Origin: an uncultured Acidimicrobiia bacterium
Lineage (GTDB): Bacteria > Gemmatimonadota > Gemmatimonadetes > Gemmatimonadales > GWC2-71-9
Length of the DNA stretch: 24,000 bases
Reading direction: 5' to 3'
Assembly: GCA_964196605.1 (NCBI GenBank)
Contig: CAXMUQ010000047.1
Coordinates: 827 to 24,826 of the forward strand
The notes beneath the pieces were generated by a model. That model saw only the letters and a program-made list of their open reading frames with translations. It had not been told where the DNA came from and did no database searches. Shown here one piece after another: positions 18,128 through 24,000 of the stretch. The first letter of the stretch is position 1, and the number at the start of each line of letters is the position of its first letter. The translations under genes were made by a program, and so were the position numbers.

Positions 18128-19099
18128 TCAGGGGAGGAGACCAGGCGGCGGGTCCCCACTGATTTGCGGTGGATCGACCGTCAGCAAACCGCTCTGCTCA
18201 AGGACGGCCTGCCCTTCCGCCGACACCAGGAAGCGGAAGAACGCTTGCGCCGCCTCAGGATGGGGGGCAGCGCTGGGCACCGACACGGCCAACTCGATGG
18301 CCCGCCCCCTGAGTTCGATGGTATCACCAGGCGCGCCGGTCCGGCCTGGGACGCGGACGACCGCATGGTGGTACACATCGGCCAGCTGTGGCGAGCTGAG
18401 GTTTACCGCCTCCGGCAGCGATACATATGGAAGGTCGTGTAACCGCGCGACTGAAGCATACAACCAGGCGTAGTCCAACTCTCCCAACTGCAGCAGTGCC
18501 ACCAAGTCAACCGACTTGGGCCTGGTATACCGTGGCTCGGACCGATCACGGAGCTCTTGCCCGAGACCGGGACGGCCGTAGTGACGCTCCGCCAAGTCGA
18601 ATACCATGAAAGTGCGGTAACCTGCAGGATCGACGGCTGGATCTGCGTGCCCCCAGCGCACCGAGTCGTCGAGCAACACGTCGGGCCAGTTGTCAGCCGT
18701 GCCCCGGTCACCTGGCGGCACCATGGGAGACACGGCCAGAACCATGGCGTTTCTGGCAAAGGCAGCGTGCCATGACGTGTACCCCGGCTCAAGCAGCGCG
18801 GCAAAGAGCGTAACATCAGCCAGCGCCAGAATATCGGGAATGTGATCGAATTCCGTCAATTTTCTCACGGCCGCCAGGCTGCCGGAATGTTCCTGCTGGA
18901 CGCGGACGTCCGGATAGCGCTTGGTGAACGCGTCGAGCAACAACTTGAACGGTACTGCCAGGCTGCCCGCGTTATAAACGACCAACGGTCCGCCAATGTC
19001 CTGGGCGGCCGCGGAAATGGGCAGGGCCGTCAGCAGTGTCCCGACCATGGCAACCAGACGGCGGCGCCTGGAGGTCCATTTTGAAAGCGCGATCCACAT
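18128..19099 (-). CDS. Extracellular substrate-binding protein, tungstate/molybdate type (WtpA-like)
   Basis: Signal peptide (LVAMVGTLLTALPISAAAQ), VVYNAGSLAVPFKLLLDAFTKRYPDVRVQQEHSGS, C-terminal FFRFLVSAEGQAVLEQSGL. Confidence 0.75.
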   Translation of the reverse strand: MWIALSKWTSRRRRLVAMVGTLLTALPISAAAQDIGGPLVVYNAGSLAVPFKLLLDAFTKRYPDVRVQQEHSGSLAAVRKLTEFDHIPDILALADVTLFAALLEPGYTSWHAAFARNAMVLAVSPMVPPGDRGTADNWPDVLLDDSVRWGHADPAVDPAGYRTFMVFDLAERHYGRPGLGQELRDRSEPRYTRPKSVDLVALLQLGELDYAWLYASVARLHDLPYVSLPEAVNLSSPQLADVYHHAVVRVPGRTGAPGDTIELRGRAIELAVSVPSAAPHPEAAQAFFRFLVSAEGQAVLEQSGLLTVDPPQISGDPPPGLLP

Positions 19100-19104
19100 G
19101 GAGG

Positions 19105-19893
19105 TCAAAATGTGAGCCGGTAGGACATACTGACGCTGGTGGGCCCGGCCAGAAACGAAGGAGCACGAAGTCCGAAAATGGTCCATCGGCCGTATACGAA
19201 CTTCGCGCTGGCAATCCCCATCACCGCTCCCGCAACCACGTCGCTGAGCCAGTGTTGGTCGTCGTACACACGTGAGTAGCCCGCCAGACTGGCCGCAGAA
19301 TAGAGAATCACCGTCGCGGCAGTGTTGTTGATTTCCTCGGACAGCGCAGTAGCCATGGCAAATGCCATGGTGGCGTGCCCCGAGTAGAAAGAACTCCCCG
19401 GCGTCCCCGGGTTGAACGACAGCGCCCCCTCACCCTCGTATGGTCGGCTGCGCCCGAAGACGAACTTCGTCACGTGGACCGCCCCCGCCGCCAGAGCCAT
19501 GGTTGCCAACAAGCGCTCCCCCGTACGTGTGAGGTCTTCGTCCCCCGTGGCCAAGCCGGCCAGGAACGTCCCGCCACTCACGATGGCCATCGCCGCGCCG
19601 TCGCCCAGGGCGCGGAAAGGCTCCAGCAGAATGGTGCCACCGGGCCCGTGCGAATCCGACACCCCTTGCCACACGATTTCGTCGAGGACCATCAACGCAC
19701 CGATCCCCACACCGAAAAACGCCGCCTCGCGCAAACCGACGTCGGTAGTGGCTGAGTGACACTTCGCATTGGTGGCGGAGCATACCTGAGCCTGCGCTTC
19801 CGCAACACACCAGTTCCCGACAACCAATGGCACGACCAGGAAGGCCACGGGGAGGAGGCACAATCCGGGTTGGGTTGGGCGCTTACCGCGCAT
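19105..19893 (-). CDS. PAP2-family (phosphatidic acid phosphatase-like) membrane protein
   Basis: Three PAP2 motifs: KFVFGRSRP, SFYSGHATM and SRVYDDQHWLSDVVAG. Confidence 0.88.
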   Translation of the reverse strand: MRGKRPTQPGLCLLPVAFLVVPLVVGNWCVAEAQAQVCSATNAKCHSATTDVGLREAAFFGVGIGALMVLDEIVWQGVSDSHGPGGTILLEPFRALGDGAAMAIVSGGTFLAGLATGDEDLTRTGERLLATMALAAGAVHVTKFVFGRSRPYEGEGALSFNPGTPGSSFYSGHATMAFAMATALSEEINNTAATVILYSAASLAGYSRVYDDQHWLSDVVAGAVMGIASAKFVYGRWTIFGLRAPSFLAGPTSVSMSYRLTF

Positions 19894-20099
19894 CAAAGGA
19901 ATGCTCGATCCGATTCTTTAGAAGCATGGAGGGTTTTACCGACGGTTCAAGCCATGGTCTCTTAGACCGGGGAGCGCCCAACGATAGTATTGTCGTTAGT
20001 GCTTGACCAGACTCACCTCCCCAGGCATCATTGCCAACTATCGGACAGATCCTCCAGGAAACGCCTCGCGGGAATCACGGGCAATGACCAGGACATGCC

Positions 20100-20474
20100 A
20101 TGAAACGCATCACCCTCACCGTCCTCACGCTGGTAGCGGTCACCGCCTGTCGCGACTACCACGGCTACGCCCCACTAGCCGATGAGGCGGGACTCATCCC
20201 AGCCGCGCAGTGGGCCTCGTACGGAGTTGAGCAGGCCAAGGCCGTGGCCATCGGCCGAGAATTCGCCGCGGCCTACCAGGTCGACACCCCCGAGGCACTC
20301 GCTCGTCAGATGGACAGCGCCGTAGAATACGCACGTTCACTGGGTGTAGAAGTTGTATTGGCTGACACACTGGGCCATCGGCTGACGGTACGATTCCCCA
20401 GCGGGTGGCGCCTTGCCATCTTGCCGATCGACGACGGGGTGGCGGGGTCCGACACTCCGGGCATCGGTCAGTAA
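20100..20474 (+). CDS. Small hypothetical lipoprotein
   Basis: 124 aa with signal and lipobox LVAVTAC. No domain recognised. Confidence 0.6.
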   Translation: MKRITLTVLTLVAVTACRDYHGYAPLADEAGLIPAAQWASYGVEQAKAVAIGREFAAAYQVDTPEALARQMDSAVEYARSLGVEVVLADTLGHRLTVRFPSGWRLAILPIDDGVAGSDTPGIGQ

Positions 20475-20495
20475 CGCCATCGGGCGGGCGGATCC

Positions 20496-20831
20496 GTGAC
20501 GGACATAATCCAATTAACAACCACCGTCGACAGCAAGGCCCAGGCGATCAAAATCGCGCAAACGATAGTGAGTGAACGCCTGGCCGCCTGCGCCCAGATC
20601 CAAGGGCCTGTCGAATCGATCTACTGGTGGCAGGGGAAACTTGACAACGCCACAGAATGGTACTGTCATTTCAAGACGACGAAACTCCTGGTTGAACAGC
20701 TGCGTATCCGTGTGGTGAAACTGCACCCCTACGACATTCCAGAGGTGATCGTCGTCCCGGTCGCTGACGGCCACCCACCATATGAGAATTGGGTAGCGTC
20801 GGAGACCCGAGATCCGACCTCCGGTTCCTGA
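20496..20831 (+). CDS. cutA: CutA-family divalent-cation tolerance protein
   Basis: GTG start. AQTIVSERLAACAQI, SIYWWQGKL and PYDIPEVIVVPV are diagnostic of CutA. Confidence 0.93.
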   Translation: MTDIIQLTTTVDSKAQAIKIAQTIVSERLAACAQIQGPVESIYWWQGKLDNATEWYCHFKTTKLLVEQLRIRVVKLHPYDIPEVIVVPVADGHPPYENWVASETRDPTSGS

Positions 20832-20861
20832 ACGCTCCACATTTCGATTCGGGAGACCAGC

Positions 20862-21587
20862 ATGACCGATCAAACGACATCATCCGAGACGGCAGCGTCG
20901 TGGTGGGAAGACTACCTCGAGATCTTCTTCGCCCCATCAAAGGTTTTTGCCCGACGTCAGGATGCCAGTTTCTGGCTGCCACTGCTGATTCTCACGGTCG
21001 TGGCCGCCCTGCTGGTCATCGGGCTGAGGGGGAGCTACGCGCCGGTCCTCGATGCGGATCTTGCCCGGGGGATGGAGGCTGCCCAGCAGAAAAACGACCT
21101 TACTGCCGAGCAGGTCGAGCAAGGGATCGCCATTCAGCAAAAGGTGATCGGCGTAGTTTCCTTGGTGATATTCCCGATCCTCGCGTTGCTCCTCGGGTTG
21201 ATCCTCTGGGGTGCGGGCAAGCTTGTGGGGGCCACCGAGAAACTGGGGCAGGCGATGCTGATTGCTACCTACGCTTCGTTTCCGCGACTCTTCGGCCTAC
21301 TTGCTGGCGGTGTTCAGGGCCTGTTCCTGCCTCCGGAGGCACTGAACGGCGCCAACCGATTGAGTCTGGGACCCTCTCGGTTCCTCGACCCCGACACCGC
21401 GTCCGCCCTGACCATCGCGCTAGCCAATCGATTCGACCTCACCTTGCTCTGGATCACGCTCCTGCTGGCCCTCGGCCTCAAGGTGATCGGCAAGATCGAC
21501 ATGAACAAGGCGCTCATCGCGGCGGGTCTGGTATGGCTTATCGGTGCTTTGCCCACAGCGGTCCCAGCCATGATGGGAGGCGGTTAA
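20862..21587 (+). CDS. YIP1-family membrane protein
   Basis: 241 aa. N-terminal EIFFAPSKVFARRQDASFWLPLLIL, then a multi-TM domain with GATEKLGQAMLIATYASFPRLFG. Confidence 0.75.
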   Translation: MTDQTTSSETAASWWEDYLEIFFAPSKVFARRQDASFWLPLLILTVVAALLVIGLRGSYAPVLDADLARGMEAAQQKNDLTAEQVEQGIAIQQKVIGVVSLVIFPILALLLGLILWGAGKLVGATEKLGQAMLIATYASFPRLFGLLAGGVQGLFLPPEALNGANRLSLGPSRFLDPDTASALTIALANRFDLTLLWITLLLALGLKVIGKIDMNKALIAAGLVWLIGALPTAVPAMMGGG

Positions 21588-21589
21588 CC

Positions 21590-21868
21590 ATGGCGGTGAA
21601 GGCAAGCCGGAAGCACATCGTCTGGCTCATCGTGGCCGGATTCGTAGTGCTCCTCATGTGGAGCACCATGGCCAGTCAGCAGGTGGAATGTGACGTGTGC
21701 GTGGAGTTCAACGGCCGCCGCAACTGCGCTACGGCCTCGGCCGCCAATGAAGCCCAAGCTGCGCAGAGCGCTCAGACCACGGCCTGCGGGACGGTGTCCT
21801 CAGGAATGGCGGAGGCCGTGTTGTGCGGTGATGCCGTGCCCGTCAGCCGGCGCTGCCAAGCGCTCTAG
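21590..21868 (+). CDS. Small single-TM protein with Cys-rich exported domain
   Basis: 92 aa starting at ATG 21590, inside the track ORF 20789..21868. MAVKASRKHIVWLIVAGFVVLLMW..., then CDVCVEFNGRRNC...TTACGTVSSGM...CGDAVPV...C. Confidence 0.75.
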   Translation: MAVKASRKHIVWLIVAGFVVLLMWSTMASQQVECDVCVEFNGRRNCATASAANEAQAAQSAQTTACGTVSSGMAEAVLCGDAVPVSRRCQAL

Positions 21869-22305
21869 ACGCCTGCCAGTGAGGCCAGCACGGCCTCATC
21901 TGCCATACCGACGTGACGCGCCGTTTCGGTGCCTTCGATGAAGGCAATGATGGTGGGGATCCCCTTGATACCAAATCGCTGGGCCGTTTTCTGATTGGCA
22001 TCCGTATCCAACTTGAGCACCAGCACCTTGCCGACACGCGAGTTGGCGAACTCATCCAGCGTCGGGGCCATCATCTTGCACGGCCCACACCAATCCGCGT
22101 GAAAGTCGACCACCACTGGGACACCGGCCCCATTTACCACCTGGTCGAAGTCGGAATCGGTAACCTTCAGTGGGCGATCCAACCTTATGGGACGGCCGCA
22201 ATCCCCGCATTTGGGCTGGTCCTCCGCCCTGCCGAGGTCGATCCGGTTCAGCTTGCTGCAGAAGGCGCAGCGCACCGTTGCCTTGGGTGCGGTGGGGGCG
22301 TTCAT
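21865..22305 (-). CDS. trxC: Thioredoxin with N-terminal zinc-ribbon-like CxxC pairs (thioredoxin 2 / TrxC type)
   Basis: N-terminal CAFC...CGDC, active site DFHADWCGPCKMMAP, GIKGIPTIIAF. Confidence 0.92.
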   Translation of the reverse strand: MNAPTAPKATVRCAFCSKLNRIDLGRAEDQPKCGDCGRPIRLDRPLKVTDSDFDQVVNGAGVPVVVDFHADWCGPCKMMAPTLDEFANSRVGKVLVLKLDTDANQKTAQRFGIKGIPTIIAFIEGTETARHVGMADEAVLASLAGV

Positions 22306-22360
22306 CCGGGAAAGCTAGGTACCCCCACAGAAAGTGTCAAAACCACACGACGAGTTCGTC

Positions 22361-22404
22361 TCCCAGGGTGTGGGATGGCAGGTCCCTGGATGTGGGATGG
22401 CAGG
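22361..22404. repeat. Two-copy 22-bp tandem repeat
   Basis: TCCCAGGGTGTGGGATGGCAGG (22361-22382) and TCCCTGGATGTGGGATGGCAGG (22383-22404), 20/22 identical. Confidence 0.85.
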
Positions 22405-22571
22405 AAAGCCCCGCCCGAAGGACACACCGGACCCCTGAGCGAGGCCAGAGCGGCACCTCCGGCTGCCTGTGGCTCAGTGATGTAACAATAATAGTCACAA
22501 TGTGTTACACCGCCGAGTCTTAACCAAGATCAGCCATCACCATATGGCGGAACTGCTGGCATCACCATTGC

Positions 22572-22587
22572 ATAATGGGACCATTAT
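22572..22587. promoter_or_regulatory. Inverted repeat upstream of the GNAT gene, possible operator
   Basis: ATAATGG-GA-CCATTAT, perfect 7-bp arms, 32 bp before ATG 22619/22620. Confidence 0.4.
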
Positions 22588-22618
22588 AGAGGCGACTTAC
22601 CGAATTCACGGGTGCTGA

Positions 22619-23080
22619 ATGTCAGAATTGACGATTCGAGAGATAGAACAGGACGAGGAGTTCTCTGATTGGTTGGGCGACGTTCTCCTACGCCAAGCCG
22701 AGACCAGCGGGAGCGCCTTTCAGTCCCAGGACCACCACCTGGTCCTCGCCAACGAGATCGGTGACTGGATCGGTGGATTGCGGTATGCCCTCCGTGGTGG
22801 GGTGGCCCATCTCATGGAACTGGCTGTCGTGGCGCAGGAGCGTCACCAGGGGCACGCGCACCGGTTGTTGGCCGCCTTCGAAGAGCACGCCGGCCTCAGC
22901 GGCGCGCACCTGGTGGAGTTCTGGACCCAAGACCTCAGGTCAGAGGCACTCATGGCCGCGTTCGGCTGGCGCCGGGTCCTGGAGCGTCCGGATTATATCG
23001 GTGGGGAAACGTGGTACCTCCTCGAAAAGGAACTTCCTCAACCCGTCGGGGACACTGAACAGGACGATGCTGGAGTCTGA
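22619..23080 (+). CDS. GNAT-family N-acetyltransferase
   Basis: 153 aa. LMELAVVAQERHQGHAHRLLAAFEEHA resembles acetyl-CoA-binding motif A, with a motif B-like FGWRRVLERPDYIGGETWYLLEKEL. Confidence 0.8.
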   Translation: MSELTIREIEQDEEFSDWLGDVLLRQAETSGSAFQSQDHHLVLANEIGDWIGGLRYALRGGVAHLMELAVVAQERHQGHAHRLLAAFEEHAGLSGAHLVEFWTQDLRSEALMAAFGWRRVLERPDYIGGETWYLLEKELPQPVGDTEQDDAGV

Positions 23081-23114
23081 AGGCACCGACGCCCCAATGA
23101 CACGTAGCAGCTAG

Positions 23115-23138
23115 GCGGCGACCGGGAACTGTCGCCGC
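23115..23138 (+). terminator. Candidate terminator after the GNAT gene
   Basis: GCGGCGAC (23115-23122), 8-nt loop, GTCGCCGC (23131-23138), followed by TTTCGCTTTC. Confidence 0.6.
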
Positions 23139-23182
23139 TTTCGCTTTCGATAAACCCCATCGCGACGATTACCTTCCAGGAT

Positions 23183-23629
23183 ATGAAGGCACGGTTCTCC
23201 CTCCTCTGGCTTGCTCTCACAGTCCTGATCACCACCCCCGTGACAGCCTGCGGTAGCGAGGAAGTCCGCAAGGAAAGGGCTCGGCAAGCCCTGTCCCAGA
23301 AAGATGCGGACCTCTTGGGCCAGGAAATCTTCGACCTCGTCGACCAGGCAACCGGCTACGAGAGTTCACACAGTGGCAGGCGGCCCCGAAGCTTGCGCCA
23401 CATGGGCGTCGACAGCCTCACGCCAACCACCGCCCGCTGGATCGAGACACAGGCGGGGTCGCTACGGGTCGTAGTGGCGTTCCGTCGCCTGAGCGGCCAC
23501 GCGGTGTCTAGTTGCAGCGGTGATGCCGGTGTATTGGAACAACTCACCCTCGAAGGCGCCTATCGGCTGCGGTGCGCCCTGGTAGACAGCGCTGAGATCG
23601 AGCTCACGGTGGGAGGGCCATCATCATGA
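23183..23629 (+). CDS. Hypothetical lipoprotein
   Basis: 148 aa with signal peptide and lipobox TPVTAC. Stop codon overlaps the next ATG (ATGA). Confidence 0.65.
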   Translation: MKARFSLLWLALTVLITTPVTACGSEEVRKERARQALSQKDADLLGQEIFDLVDQATGYESSHSGRRPRSLRHMGVDSLTPTTARWIETQAGSLRVVVAFRRLSGHAVSSCSGDAGVLEQLTLEGAYRLRCALVDSAEIELTVGGPSS

Positions 23630-24000
23630 ATGCAATGCTGGTGGCGCGGGGCTTGGCATTGGCGGGCTTGGGCTTCGCAGCAACCGTGGCCGCCACCCAT
23701 TGGGCAGTCCGGCGCAAGCATCTCGCCCCGTTCGGGCCGTGGCCCAAGTTTGTCCGCCGCGTGAGTGACCCACTGATACTGCCTCTCGAGCGTCGCATTG
23801 TCCGGGCGGGCAAGAATCCGCAGGACGCCCCGATGTGGCTACTGGGGATCGTGGTTGTGGGCGGCTTGGTGCTCCTGAGCCTCATGGGCTGGTTGGGCGG
23901 CGCCTGGCTGCGTTACGGAAACATGTTCGGCGCGGGCCCGAGAGGCTGGGCTTTCCTGGTGGTCAACGGCACCTACAGCGTCCTCATGACCGCTCTGTTC
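23626..24000 (+). CDS. YggT-like membrane protein, partial (runs off window end)
   Basis: Frame open to the window end: MNAMLVARGLALAGLGFAA...VRRVSDPLILPLERRIVRAGKNPQDAPMWLLGIVVVGGLVLLSL. The DPLxxPxxRxI segment resembles the YggT family. Confidence 0.55.
   Translation, partial: MNAMLVARGLALAGLGFAATVAATHWAVRRKHLAPFGPWPKFVRRVSDPLILPLERRIVRAGKNPQDAPMWLLGIVVVGGLVLLSLMGWLGGAWLRYGNMFGAGPRGWAFLVVNGTYSVLMTALF

Noticed and set aside
19980-19997. Weak hairpin AACGATAGTATTGTCGTT between PAP2 and lipoprotein genes
   Set aside because: Short stem with a G-U pair and no T tract. Expected by chance in 24 kb.
20003-20185. 60-aa + strand ORF upstream of the small lipoprotein gene
   Set aside because: Arg/His/Pro-rich composition, and overlaps the lipoprotein gene in another frame. 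Looks spurious.
20789-21589. N-terminal two-thirds of the 359-aa track ORF 20789..21868
   Set aside because: It overlaps CutA and YIP1 in another frame and has a basic, Arg-rich nonsense-like sequence. Only the last 92 aa, from ATG 21590, looks like a real protein.
1-24000. CRISPR arrays, mobile elements, phage genes, toxin-antitoxin or defence systems, biosynthetic clusters
   Set aside because: I found no regularly spaced repeats, transposase/integrase motifs, terminal inverted repeats, or characteristic defence or biosynthetic genes. The content is housekeeping and envelope functions. Reverse transcriptase, nuclease and NTPase defence motifs were looked for in the translations and not seen.

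Overview
The window reads as an ordinary, gene-dense, GC-rich bacterial chromosomal segment. I found no CRISPR array, transposase, integrase, phage gene, rRNA or recognisable tRNA. On the + strand are a 3' fragment of a beta-ketoacyl-ACP synthase II, an aquaporin, acetyl-CoA synthetase, an orphan 85-aa ORF, a small lipoprotein plus CutA, a YIP1-family protein with a small Cys-rich partner, a GNAT acetyltransferase, and a lipoprotein followed by a YggT-like ORF that runs off the end. On the - strand are STAS / response regulator / ccmA-ccmB-ccmC-ccmD-like; hypothetical / DsbA-like / VKOR / Kup; TPR protein / M16 peptidase / OsmC / secreted small protein; P5C dehydrogenase plus a secreted unknown; PAP2 / WtpA-like binding protein; and a TrxC-like thioredoxin. 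I see no convincing new multi-gene system. The items most worth a second look are: (a) a hairpin-rich STAS-acs divergent intergenic region; (b) a gapped motif CACCATTGC-N8/9-CCATTATA shared by two unlinked intergenic regions; (c) a 85-aa orphan gene with its own Shine-Dalgarno and a canonical terminator; (d) a tightly coupled DsbA-like/VKOR pair; and (e) a 38-aa CcmD-like ORF missing from the supplied ORF track. Function calls come from reading motifs in the translations, not from database searches.
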